Assembly (NCBI GenBank): GCA_043228905.1
Contig: JBHGNT010000008.1
Location: forward strand, 9,672,001 to 9,736,000
Direction of reading: 5' to 3'
Source of the DNA: Azolla caroliniana
Lineage: Eukaryota > Plantae > Polypodiophyta
DNA: 64,000 nt
Shown here: positions 34,904 through 49,081 of the stretch, piece by piece
How the letters are laid out: each line of letters opens with the position of its first letter
Position numbering within the stretch: position 1 is the stretch's first letter
Position numbers and translations under genes: made by a program
Notes under the pieces: model-generated
The model's database searches: none
What the model saw: the letters and a program-made list of their open reading frames with translations, nothing else
Told to the model about the DNA's origin: nothing

Positions 34904-37900
34904 GAAGAAAGATTGAAAAACAAGGTTAAGGATGTGCCTAAAGATGGAAATGTAGGCAAATAGGGACACGTGATCTATGAGACTAACCCACGCCTTTTAC
35001 GACTATGCTTTTGGAATTGCAATGGATACCCATGGAATGCGGGATTTGGCATAGAGGAGTTCACCAATGACTCGGATATCACACTTCTTGTTGAAACATG
35101 GGAGCATGATACTCAAAGGATTCAAGGTTTAGGAAACTATAATGTACACTCTTTGATATGGAAGAAAAATCCAAGACAAAGAAGAGGACAAGGAGGGGTG
35201 GCATGTTTGATTAAGAAGGAAATAGAGAAATATGTGTCAATCATAAAAAATGATGAAAATAAATGCTACATATGGCTCAAAATAGAAACACCTAATGATT
35301 TGCCCACTTTTGTTGTTGGATGTTACATTCCTCATCAAGATTCTAACTTTTATGCTTGTTTGGATAAAGATCAACCGTTTGCCAATCTAGAAGATGATAT
35401 TGCTTATTTCAAATCCAAAGGGGAAGTTATTGTCTTTGGTGACATGAATGCTCGTACAAGAAGTTTCCAACTTGATTCACAAGAATCTTTCATGCCACAT
35501 ATCTCAAGGATGCAAGAGGATATGCAAATGTATAACCGCTCTTCTAGCGATGAAAAAGATCCGGACCAATTTGGGAAACTACTCCTACAAATGTGCAATA
35601 GTACCGGATTGCTTATTGCAAATGGTATTTCCTTATGGCCCAACACTAATGGTTTTACATGTAGAAAATACAACGGAAATAGTGTGATTGATTATGTGCT
35701 ACTTTCCGAAGGTATTTTGGATCGTATACATAAATTCTCACTTGGTGAATGGACACCGGAATCAGATCATAGGCCTTTATGTATTGATCTCAAATGTATG
35801 CATAGGTTTGATTGTGAGAAGGCTATTGAAGATAATAAACAACCGCACTTGAGCATGAACCTTAAGCGAGCACCCATGTATTCCAAGATGGTTGAGGATA
35901 TGTTACAAATGACAAAGATACAACATGGTGCCACACTAGAATGCAAATGGGAAGCTTTCAAGAAAGTCATTCTCTCATGTACAAACAAATGTTTTTCGAC
36001 CAACCGCACATCTTGGAAATGCACCAAGAAACTTAGGAAAAAATGGTTTGATAAAGAATGTCGTGAAGCTCGAAAGTGCCTTATGGTTTTGGATGTAGTT
36101 AAGGATAAAGAGAATTACCAAAAGCATTTGCATGAGTATAAAAGGCTTATTCAAAGAAAGAGAAGAATATGGGAAGTTACTCAACAATTTATCCAAACGC
36201 AAGAGAAAGCACATGCATGTGCTAAATTTTGGGGAAATCTAAAGGGAAAACGTGTTGAGAGTTATGGTGACTTAACTCTTCACGACTTGTCTATGCATTG
36301 TAAGAATTTATATGAGTTATCTCTTGCCGGAAAGATGATGTGTTATGGTTCTCTTTCACATATGCCTTCCTTCTTTACAATTGAAGATATATGCATAGGA
36401 CTTAAGAAATTGGCCTCTCGAAAGGCAAGCGATCTTCAATGTATAAAGGCTGAAATGCTCAAATGGACGGGAAAGGAAGCACATATATGGATAAGCGATA
36501 TGTTTAATGATGCATTGCAACATGGTATGCCGTACGATTGGACTACAAATTGGATCAAACCTTTACATAAAGGTGGAGATATAAATAATGTAAACAATTA
36601 TCGAACCATCATGGTTGGCTCATTAATGGCAAAACTATTTGGATGTATAATGGAATCAAAGATAAGTGTATGGGCTGAAAAAAGTGGTAAGAGAGCTTAT
36701 GGACAAGCTGGCTTTCGGAAACACCATAGCACCATTGATCACCTTATCACCCTTCGAGTATTAATGGAGGAAAGTCGCCTTAGAGGTAAAGGTTTATATT
36801 GTTGCTTTGTAGACTTCAAGAAAGCTTTTGATATGGTACCTCGTGAGCATCTTTGGAGGCGAATGGAAGAACTTGAGGTGCCAAGTGAATATATGCTTGC
36901 AATTTCCCGAATTTATGAGAAGGTTATATGTTGTGTGCGCATGAAAGATAAACTTTCAGATTTTTTCAAAAGCACTATTGGTGTTAAGCAAGGATGCCCA
37001 CTCTCACCAACACTATTTGGTCTATGCATTGATGAATTGGAAGAAATGGTTACCAAGTTTGCAAAGGAAGAATGTGTTGAAGAAGTTGCCATTGGGAATG
37101 TTGTGATTATGCTTTTGCTATATGCAGATGACGTAGTGCTTTTTGCAAATACTTTAGGAGATGCACAAAAGCTTATGAAGGCATTGGAAAAATTTTGCAT
37201 GCATACTAAATTAAGTGTCAATAGCTCTAAAACAAAGATTATGCTTGTGAAGAGCCAAAAAAGAGATAAACCATGCATTATGTACAACAATGAGCCACTT
37301 GAATGTGTGGAAAGCTTCAAATATCTTGGCCTTGAAGTTCCTTCAAATCATAGATGGAATGAATGTGCTACACGCCGCTTAGAGGCGGGCAAACGAGCAT
37401 ACTATGCATTTGAGAACACATGCAATCTTGGAGATATTAAGTGTTGGGTCCTCAAGAAATATCTTTTTGACACTTTGGTGACACCAGTTCTTCTCTATGG
37501 GGTGGAAGTATGGGGCGGTAGCATCCCTAAGTCTATGTGGAAAGAGTTTGAAAATGTCCAAAAGCATTTTCTTACCAAGTTTCTACAAGTTAAGAAACAA
37601 ACGCCCTACACCCTCCTCCTCCTTGAGACAGGATCGCTTCCCATTGAGATCATGGCCATGGAAAGGGTTGTTGAATACATGCTTAAGGTTCAAAAAAGTC
37701 CCTCACATCGACTTCCTAGAATTGCGTGGGAAGCAAGCAAAAATATCCAAAAGACGCATAAAAGCAAATTTTTGTGTTCCGGTTGGATGCAAGATATAGA
37801 AAAATGGTTTGGTAGATGGGATGTGAGACACTTGCTTCATGATGCATCATTAGATTCCTCTGTAAATGAGGCATTTTTGCAACGCCAATGTATCATGACA

Positions 37901-40900
37901 TGGGACAAATGTGGAGGCTCACGCTTCACACATTATACTACACATGTTGCACCTAACTACAAAACCATATTCTTTGCGGAACGGGGAAATCGTACACATC
38001 CATACATGTTAGAGCCCATACCGTTATCTGCCATTCGAACCATTGCTTCCATGCGACTTAGCTCACATGCATTGCGATGTGAAACAGGGCGTTGGGGTAC
38101 AAGTGATGAGAGTGGTCGGTTATGCACACTTTGCCCTAAACAAGTTCGCGAGTCTGAGTATCACACTTTGATACAATGCTCTGCCTTTGATCATATTCGA
38201 CCATGCTTTCCACATCTCTTCGATCGAGCCCAATCTTTGCATGAATTCCTCTCACAACCACAATGTGCACTCTCGATTGCAACATTCATTGGTAAAGTTC
38301 TTGAACATCGAGAGTCACTACTCACTTTCACACGTATCACGTGAAATGTAATATTTTTGGTCTCATAGGTCATATTTGATCTCCGAAGACGATAATATAA
38401 TCTATCTATCTATCTATCTATCTATCTTTGTGTGTGTCTATCTTGCATATGCGCATACACAGGTTCTTCATCACGAATGTTGCTTGCACTTCCGCATTGA
38501 CGACCTTGTCCCCAACATTGGGTATCAGAGCATTGGAGGTTCTTCAACACGTTGCCGGCCATCATAGTACACCACACAACATTCCGTTTTCGTTTTCTTT
38601 GAAGAACAGAGAAGGGAGAAGAAGAAAAAAAAAACAAAAAGCTCGCATCTCACTATGTTAAATCACAAATTGGAGTAAACCAGTCGGATGTACTCTGTTC
38701 CTGTGATTGTAACTGCTTGAGGGGAGCTCCTTGAGCAACAACTGACCCAATCGTGCTTCATTCGGTTAACCAACATCCGAATAGGTCACCAGACGTTATT
38801 CACCCGCTTGTTGTAACCACCCGCTACAGATTGGTCTCTAGGCAATAACCAAATTCATGCTTCACTCGGCTGATCGACATTCTGGAGGATCAGTTGGATC
38901 CGTCCCTCTCATCGCTGCAGTCATCCGAAGCAGAATCGGCCCAAACAATCAGTTTCGGTAATCGGTATTCGGCATACGATCAGAAGCTAACCGGGCTAAC
39001 TCTGACTCGGCAACATTCAGGAAGACCAGCCGGTTTTGTCCCTCAAGTTACCGGAGTCACTCCGAGCAAGTTCAGCAACAAGTACCCGAAACCAAACCGA
39101 CTCGGGTTCAAAACCGACTAGAACGATATCGGGTGAGCCAACCGGCTGCACCCCACTAAGGTTCGTAGTAAACTCCGAACCGAGTCTTACCAACCGAAAC
39201 CGAAGCATATGGCATCAACATTCGGCTCATTGGAGATGAGTCTAAGGAGGTTCAAGGGCTTGAACTTCAACTTCTCGAAGGATCAAAGTCAAGGCTCAGA
39301 TAGACCCGATTGAGAATGAAAATTCCCGAGAAGCATGCAAGGCAAACGAGTGGCAGAAGTTGGATAGAATTGTCCATGCCACGATTCGGATGCACTTGTC
39401 GGAGTCAGTGTACTTCACAGTGCAATCATGCTCGACATCATTTGAACTTTGGAAACCACTGTCGGAAATGTATGAAAAGAAGGTCGCGGCAACGAAGATG
39501 TATCTGATCCGGCGCCTCTACAACTTGTGGATGAAAGAGTCCGATTCGGTTTAGGCACACCTCAACGAGTACGAAAGCATAAGCTCCCAAATCTCGTCTC
39601 AGGGGGCGGCAATCGAGGATGAACTCAGAGCAATGATACTCGTGAGTAGTCTTCCCTCTTCATGGGAAACTTTCGTTACAACCGTGTGCAATGCTTCAAT
39701 AGCTACCGTTAAGTACTCCGAAGTCATGAGCGCAATCCTGACTGAAGCAGGTCGGAGAAAGTCTTTTGCCAAAGACTCGGCAAATGAAGCTTACGTAGTA
39801 CAACGTTCGATCAACCGATCGAACAACCGGGGAAGAAGTTCTTCCCGACCGCCGAACACGAAGCCGGAGCAAGTCCTGAGACAACCAAATCTACAACTAA
39901 TGCAAGAAACCGGGACACATCAAAGCCGATTGTCGGTCACTGAAAGCAAAAATCGACAAAGCTCTGAGAGCGGATCAGAAGAGTAGCCGGCATGAGTAGG
40001 TCAAGTACATCGGCTTTTTAGCCGAAATTTTGACGATCGACCCGAACATACTTTCCATAGACAACCCAATCGAATAAGAAGTTCTGCTCTTGGACTCGGG
40101 TGCATCGTATCATGTGACACCTCACTGATCTCAGATTTGGCAATACTTGGACCGGAACCCCGACTCAGTTCGAGTCGGAAACTCGCTACACTGTGCTATA
40201 ATCGGAATCGGCACCGTAGACCTCAACCTTTCGGGCGGCTCTACATTCGTACTCAAAACGTCTGACACGTTCCTGAGCTCTCAAGACCCCTGATCTCAAT
40301 TGGACAGCTTGACGAAGCTGACATCCGTGCCAGATTCTCATCAGGAGGGTGGACACTCCACAAAGGGAACCTCCTTCTTGCTCGAGTACCAAAGGTACAA
40401 TCCTTGTATCCTTTATATGTCACACTCAAGGAAGGTGACTTATTTTTGGTTGATATCCCCGTGTCATTGTTATGGCACAGACGACTTGGACATCTCAGCA
40501 AGGCCGGCATAATGCACCTATCTAGAGCTGGTTACATCCCCAAACTCTCCTTCTCGGATCACCAATTCTGCGAGCATTGCCAGTACGGCAAACAGGTACC
40601 CACATTACACCTGACATCAGCACCAAGAGAATCAAGTCCCCTCGATTTGGTCCACTCGAACGTTTGTGGCCCAATGCCACATCAGTCTCTCAGTGGTGCT
40701 TCGTACTTCGTTAGTTTTATTGACGATTCGACTCGGAAGGTGTGGGCTTACCCCATCAGAACCAAAGATCGGGTGTTCTCGATCTTCTCCGAATGGCTTG
40801 CAATGGTCGAAAATTAGACTGGTCAGAAACTGAAATGTCTCCGAACCGACAACGGAGGAGAATTCAAGTCTGAAGAATTCGTCAAATTTTGCCAGGAAGA

Positions 40901-43900
40901 CGGCATTCGACGTGAATATACGACACCTTATAGTTCGGAGCAGAACGCATGAATCAGACGATTCAAGAACGCATAGTATCCATGCTCCAACACTATGGAC
41001 TGTTGGATGGCTTCTGGGCGGAGGCTCTACTTACAGCAGTACACATAATAAATATGTCGCCAAGTAGACCTGTAGGACTTACAATACCTCAGGAAACATG
41101 GACCGACAATAAGCCGAATGATGACAAGCTGAGGATCTTTGGCCGCGGGGTGTATGGCCTCATACTGAAAGACGACCGCCGGAAACTTGAACCAAGATCA
41201 AGGAAATGCGTTTTCCTTGGATATGGACCCAACGGCGAGATCGGATACCGACTCTGGGACCCTGAGCACAAACAAATCATCTGAAGTTAGGGCGTCGTGT
41301 TCAACGAGTCGGCTATGCATAAAATGACCGAAAGGCCTATTGAAGTCCAAAGGGTAATATTGTCTTAAGTGTCAACCCTTCATGAAGGTCCAACCCACAA
41401 CACGAGATCGGTTTCACGGGTAACCGACAACTCTCGCACTGAATCCACCGACTCGGCACAACCGAATGGCTCGGCTCCCGACCATCCGACATCGACACCT
41501 GGTGCGACTAGTCCAGTCATACCTCGCAGATCCGAGAGACTGTCGCAACCTCCGGAGATGTACTCTCCCGGAATTTTCTTTACCGACGCCGGCGAACCGA
41601 CGTTTTACGAAGAAGCATCGGCATCTACCGATTCAGCCACATGGCATGTGGCGATGGAGTCGGAAATGCACTCCATTTGGGCAAATAAGACTTGGGACTT
41701 GGTTGAATTACCGAAGAATCAACGTGCTCTTCCGTGTAAGTGGGTCTATTGACTAAAAGAGACGTCCAACTCGACCAACCCAAAGTACAAGGCCAGATTA
41801 GTTCCGACGGGAGTTTGACAAGAATATGGCGTCGACTTCGACGAAATCTTTTCACTAGTGGTGAAAATGACAACCCTTAGTTTCATGTTCGGCGTCGTGG
41901 CCGCCGACAACTTGGAGCTAATTCAGCTAGATGTAAAAACGACATTCCTCAACGGTGACCTACAGGAGGAAATCTATATGGAGCAGTCGAAAGGCTTTGT
42001 GGCATCCAACCAGGAACATCTAGTCTACCGACTGAGGAAGAGTCTCTACGGCTTGAAACAGGCACCCCGACAGTGGTACAAGAAGTTCGACGACTTCATC
42101 CAATCGGTCGGCTTCTCAAAGAGCGATGAGGACCATTGTCTCTTTACCAAAACAACTCAAGACGGGTCTCTCGTCTTCCTCATCATCTACGTGGACGACA
42201 TGCTACTCTCCGGTCGGCATGCTGGAGAGTTCACCGAACTTGTTCGGAAATTGCGGTTGAAGTTTGCCATGAAGGACCTTGGTTCGGCAAGACACATACT
42301 TGGTATGAAGATTAGTCGGCATCACAATAAACAACAAGTTTTCTTGTCTCAAACCGACTACATCGGACGTGTCTTGGAACGCTTCAACATGCACTCGAGC
42401 AAGTCTGCTTCGACCCCGCTCCCCATTAACCTTCGGCTGTGTCAGCGAGACTGCCCAACATTCGGTCCGGAGGGGGAAGATATGAAGTCGGTACCGTATG
42501 CACCGACAGTCGGCTCCCTTATGTATGTGATGGTCACGACACGGCATGATATCTCTCACGCCGTAGGAGTCGTCAGCAGATTCATGTACAACCGAGGCCG
42601 ATCGCACTGGAACGCAGTCAAGCAAGTATTCAGATATCTAGCTAGCACAAAAGACCACGACATTCTTTTTGGCCCGAACTCAACTTCAAGCGTAGTCGGT
42701 TACACTGACTCGGACTTCGCCGGCTGCGTGGACAGTCGGAAATCAACAACCGGATACTGTTTCAAATTCGGCAATGGAGCAATCTCGTGGAAGTCAAAAC
42801 TTCAGGAGTGCACAACCACATCAACAACCAAAGCGGAATATGTAGTTGCGTCCGATGCGGCAAAAGAAGCCTTATGCGTCCGACCTCGACTCGGCTCTAG
42901 TTGTCTACAACGACAGTCAGCGTGTTGTTGCTTTGTCAAAAATCCGATTCACCACAACACCTCCAAACATATCGATGTTCGATATCACTTCGTTCGGGAC
43001 TGCGTCATTTCAGGGAAAATCGGTCTCGAGAAAATATCCACAACCGATAATGTCGCAGATGGAATGACCAAGTGTCTTTCGGCGGATCGTTTCCGGTCCC
43101 TTCGGCACCAGATGGGCGTAACGAAAAATCAGTCTAGTTAAAGTCGGACACACAACACAGGATGGTTTTGGACCACCGACATCGGTTCTTTGAGGATCAG
43201 CTTCAGCTCTTCTGACCTGACCGGTGTGGTCTTCTTTCTTTGGATCTTGCCAACTCTAACAAAACCGATCCGTCCGATAAACCTTGTATATACCTGTAAT
43301 TTTTTAGATAACCTATGTATACGCCCATTACGGGGGAGTGTCGAATACGAGTGTATAATGGCCGTATTCACACTGTCCCTTTGGACAGCCCAAGTTTGGG
43401 CTATTTCTGTAAATAGCATAAAGGGTAGGTTCCCTAGGATAGTCACTATATAAAGTGACTTTGTAACCTTTAGTAAAGGTCGGTTGTCATTCTTTGTAAC
43501 TGTTGCTATTCGAATATAACGTTTTCTTTGTGCCTATCTCTCTCTCTCTCTCTTTGTGTGTGTTTATCTTGCATATGCGCATACACAAGTTCTTCTTCAT
43601 CACGAATGTTGCTTGCACTTCCGCATTGACGGCCTTGTCCCCAACACTTAGCATCTGAATGTCCCCTAAGGAAATCAACAAAAGTTCTATTAGCCCAAGC
43701 CAATGTTAGGGATCTTGATGATGTTTTCGACAACAATAGACATGAACCTCTCGACATTCTTGATGAAGTGGACGATGGGGTAATGGAGGTCATGGCAAGG
43801 GCAAAAAAGGTAAAACCCCTTTGTTTTGTTGTGGGTGTCTCTAACATTTTCTCCCTAGTATAGAGTGCCATTCGGAATTATCTGAAACTTTGCACCAAAC

Positions 43901-45065
43901 CTCTGAGGCAGACCTACACCATTTTGTCCTCATCCACCATCACACTGATGGACCCTAGAACGTCGTACATCTCCTTTATTTGGAGGTATAATCGGCCACC
44001 GACATGTCTTTTTGCCTAATGTTGTTCAATTCTTGTTGAACTGCAACTTTTTAATAGTCATGCTTGTAGCAAAAAACTTTTTCAGATTTTTCCAAGTGTC
44101 ATTTGGTGTCTTCGCATACCAGTTGCAGCCGAGCATCTGATCGTGCACACAGGATGCCAAGCAGTACAAGACTCGACTTGTTGCTTGCTCCCAGACTGGG
44201 AAATCCTTGTGTGTCGGCTCCGGAGCTTCATAATTTGCTCCATCCACGTATTAACTCCAGTGCTCGTGTTTGAGCACGTACTGGTGCATCTTGTATTCCC
44301 AATATACATAGATGTTCCTATCGAGTTTTCTGTCGGTGTCACGGACACACCAACTGCGGACTACAACGGAGCATGGATGATGAGGATACGATCCATAAGG
44401 CTACGGATGTGGAACCAAAAGTGATGAGGCTAGGAGCTCTAGAAGTTGTGAGTGATGAGTCTATGAACTTAGGAAGCTATTGAGAGCATGAAGACATAGA
44501 TGACGAAGGAGACAATATGGCATGAAACGAGAATACTAGATTGATATGTCAATGTCTAGTGTTGAATCCCTTGAAAGGAACCAAGGAGGTTAAAAGTATT
44601 TATACAATTTCTAAGATTGAGTATCTCTAGAATATACCTTACAAATATCTCTAGAATATACCCGTCTAGAATACACCATAGAATATTTCTAGAATATTCT
44701 GGAATGTATATATGCTAGAATATACAATTATTATCATACAAATACATGCTCATATCTAGATGGTTGAGTATGACGTCTTGTAGATTTGAGGTTGAAAGTT
44801 CAATCCTCACTAACAACGTATTTGATGTCACTGTGTCATGACAATTGGTAGAGAAATACTCATACCTCTGTCCATGTTCCTATTTTTATGTGTGTCCAAA
44901 AGACTTGTTTGGTCTATGTTTTAAATTGCTTTGTCGGTTACAAAGGATCCATCTATCCCTGGTGCTCTTATGATGTGAAAGCTTTACACATGTGGTTGAG
45001 CCAGAAAAAAAGATAATAAACAATTAGGTAAAAAAACAAAGAATGGTGATTGAGATGGAGTACAC

Positions 45066-45109
<44 letters not shown>

Positions 45110-48064
45110 TTAGCAAACAACATGAAAAAATTTCTATTACAAAAGACTCTGTACATACAATGTTCACACAAAGTACTTTTTATAAAAGCCCTTGAGAGTG
45201 GGCTAACACAAGTACTAAAAAGTACTAAATGCTCAATTATGAGCTCTGACACCTAACTTTCCTATAATATTCCTATTAAAATAGGAATATAGGTTTGAAC
45301 AACTTCTCTAGCTGATCTGGCCCTATGGCCCTTTCTCAGCTATCAGCCGATCCTACCAGTCGATTCAGCCTTTCGGCTATTAGCCGATTCGGCTTCATGT
45401 TGAGCTTGTTACTCAACAGTCATCTATAGCAAAACATTGGAAGAGCACTTGGTACATGTTAAGAAGCTATTACAAATATTGCGAGAAAACAAATTATATG
45501 CTAACCCCGAAGTGGACAACTCTAGAACAAAATGCTTTCGAAAAAATCAGAGCAGCACTATGTTCACAATTGGTGCTTAAGTTACCCGATTTTACTAAAT
45601 CATTTGAAATCCATACATATGCTTCTGATGTGACTTATGGTGCAATTTTGATATAGGATGGACATATGGTCGCTTATGAATCCAAGAAATGTTTAGAGAT
45701 TGAAACTAGGTGGCCTACTCATGTGAAAGAAATACTTGTCATTGTCTATGCCTTATGCAAATGGCATCATTATGTCCAAGATAAATTACTAAATTATTCA
45801 TAGATAATATATCCTTGCAGTATTTTCAATCATAGCCGAAGTCGTTCCCTAAACAAGCACATTGGCAAGATTTTCCAGCAGAATTTGACTTTTGCATAAA
45901 CCATAAAAGTGGTGCTCTTAATCCTATGTCAGATGCTTTAAGTTGAATGCCTCATGCTTGTACCATTTTGGTGATCTCTAATTCTTCTTTGCTACAAGGC
46001 ATTCAAACAACTCAACAACATGATCGCTACACACAACAATTGATTTCTGATATGGAATGAAACATGCGGCCCATGGGTCACTTGGAATGCAACAAGAACA
46101 AAGGTCAAATAATGGTACATAGTAACAGGTTTGTACCTAATATAAGGGAAATTAAGGCATTGGTTTTGCACGAAGCACATGATTGTAAGATGGCAGGGTA
46201 GGGTAGTATTCACAGGACACTTACCAACATCCAACTTCATTTTTTTTGGCCCCATATGGTGTTGGATGTAAAAGACTGCGTCCAATCTTGTGTGATATGC
46301 CAACAATTCAAAGCTCGATGTGGACTGCCATATGGATTACAACAACCCATGCCAACACCCACTCAACCATGGGATGTGGTGAGTATGGATTTCATAGCAG
46401 ATTTGCCCGTGTTGAGAAGTTACAATGCTATCATGGTGGTCATCGACTATTTCTCTAAACAAGCTCACTTCGTACCAACAAAACCATCGTTGACAACCTT
46501 GTAGGTAGCCAAATTGTTTTGCAAACATATATTTATATATCATGGCCTGCTTGTGGCTATCATATCAGATAGGAACCTACGTTTTACTAGTCGATTTTGG
46601 CAAGAACTTTTCAATTTTCTAGACACACAACTCCAAATGTCTTCTATGGCTCATCCCCAAATAGATGGCAAAACGAAAATGGTAAATCAGAGTCTTGAAG
46701 ACTACATTCGTTGTTATGTGCAGGCGGATCATATCGATATGCTGGAATTTTGTTATAATTCCTCTAAACAGACTACCGGTGGTTTTTCTCCTTTTGAATT
46801 AGCTATAGGGAGACAAGTTCTTACACCAGTGGCTTTGGTCTCTCATGTTGTTTGAGATAAAATTCAAGAGCTTGATGTCGACCTTTTTCTAGCAGACTGG
46901 CAAGCAACAATGCAGATTGCACAACAAGGATTAAAACAATCGAAGGAACGAATGATTCAGGCAACCAACAAAAAATGTCAACACATCGATTTTTTTCAAA
47001 GGTGATTTGGTCCTCATTAGTGCCGCTCATTGGCCATTACCTAGACGACTCTCACCAAAATTTAATCATCGTTATTACGGGCCATATGAAGTACTACAAA
47101 GTTTTAATGGAGTTACTTACAAGCTGAAATTACCTAATTTCATCAAGGTGCATGACACATTTCATGTAAGATTGCTAAAAGATTTCATGCAGATAAAGAT
47201 TGGAGCTGGAAGACTAACCATGTGAGGAAGCTAAAGAACCTGAAGCAATCTTAAAACAACAAGCGCGCAATGGAAATACGCAATTTTTGATCAAGTGGAA
47301 AGGCCGACCACTTTCGGAAGCCACATGGATCTTTGAAAGAAGTTTGTTTCATTTGGATCCCACATTCTTGTTTTGGTACCCTAGCTATAATTAGTATTAC
47401 AATGGCAAGGGTTTAGGCATTTCCTTCTGTATCAATATGGTAAGACCACTTTTGCCATTGTTCTTCTTTCTCTCTTTTTCATTATGCTTTTCAACTTAGC
47501 CGGTCATGTTAGTGTACTAGTGTTTCAATTTCGAGGATGAAACTCTTCGCCTCGTAGGAGAGTGTTATGGAGTAGTTAGGATTAGAGAAATTAATGGAAG
47601 ATTGGTTGGGAGTAGCTAGAGAAATTAGTGGTCAAGTAGTTGAGTCCATGGGTATTTAATTAGCTTGTGTGCACAAAGAAGAGGAGGCCATTTTCTGGAA
47701 ATTAGGGGAAGGCCCCCCATGTAATACTTCCTCTTTAATACAACAATACCTTTTTCTCGTAGTCTATTGAGTACCTCTCTCTATAATTTCTTTCTCTTCA
47801 GTGTTTTCTAATAATTACTTTCCATGTCTTCTATAGACTGCATGGAAATCAATGCATTAAATAGCCGGAAATGAAAACAATCATAATGTTGTCCCAAGGT
47901 GTAATGGCACGCCTTTTAAAATATGTGGAGTATGTACATAATTACTTGTTCCCCTTACCACAAGTATGTAAAGATGCTACACGGGTACACCTCACAATGT
48001 GGGCAAGTTGAGAATTGTAGAAAGTAAACGTGGACTCACTACAAGAGCAGATGCATGATGAGGC

Positions 48065-48110
<46 letters not shown>

Positions 48111-49024
48111 CTCAATGCATAACCAGAGAATCAAAGAGTCCAAAGTTACAACCACATGATGGTAGAATATGACATTTGAAAAGGCGTAAGACACTAATAA
48201 AAATCTATTCATTTATGGAACGTATATTTCTCACCTTAGGACAAACGTAATTAGTATGCAAAGTAAAAGCAACATCCATCCAATCAGATTGCAAAGAGAG
48301 CTTGAATTTGGACTTGTCTATTTAGCTAGGATGGATACAGAAATATCTATAGATTCATGTACATACACATAATATATTTCTCACATGCTACGAATACTAT
48401 ATAAAGTAAAAGCAACATCGTCTCAATTGTATTGCAAAGGAAAATACATATGAGTGAATGTACACTACAAAAAAGGGAAAACAACATCCTTCCAATCATA
48501 TTATTGCAAACAAAAAACATATCATTTGGTAGGAGACTATTTAGTGATGATGACTTGGGGACTTCCTTTGTTGTACATGGTCTTTTTGGTGATTTTTTTC
48601 TAAACTGTTGATTATATTTTTCCTTATTTGTTCCCATAGCCTGGTTTGTAATTTTTCTTCCCTATCCCCTCCCCTCAAAATAGACATGTACAATAATATC
48701 TCATGCAGGTTCGAACTTGGATTAACGGTTGCTTGTCATATCTCCTACTGTAGTTACTTTGGTTAGAAAGTTAAAAGTAAAAGGTTGGCATTAAAGGTGT
48801 TAACCATCTTCCTAACTAGATTTAGATTGCATAACAAATATGAGGTGAGTTCTAAATGCTGAGTAGCGTTGTATGAGTAGTATTGTGCATCTAAACGAGT
48901 GTAGCCACTAAGAAATAAAGGAAAATATATTCATGTCCACTAAGATATGATTTGGCCCATGAGACAATTGATTACAAAATAGGATGTGTACCCAATCATC
49001 GAAAATAAAACACAAATAAAATCC

Positions 49025-49081
<57 letters not shown>

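Larger units (their letters stand above)
34673..43646 (+). mobile_element. Full-length decayed Ty1/Copia (Tork/Tnt1-like) with CTTAG TSD
   Basis: 5' LTR 34673-38517 (split by the LINE) and 3' LTR 43339-43646, TG..CA; TSD CTTAG at 34668-34672 and 43647-43651; PBS GGTATCAGAGC at ~38521; PPT GGGGGAG; gag SSLPSSWE, PR LDSGASYH, INT WHRRLGH..CEHC, RT YVDDML, RH DSDFAG. Confidence 0.96.
33082..47813 (+). mobile_element. Ty3/Gypsy chromovirus in bHLH intron 2, with LTRs 33082-33334 and 47563-47813
   Basis: Paired ~250-bp LTRs start TGTTATGGAGTAGTTA; PBS TGGTATCAAAGC (tRNA-iMet type) at 33337; gag 33659-34670 and 43652-43860; RT/RH from 45418; integrase WDVVSMDFI, HPQIDG, YGPYEVL; chromodomain EPEAILKQ..FLIKWKGRPLSEATW at ~47235-47345. 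Confidence 0.92.
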
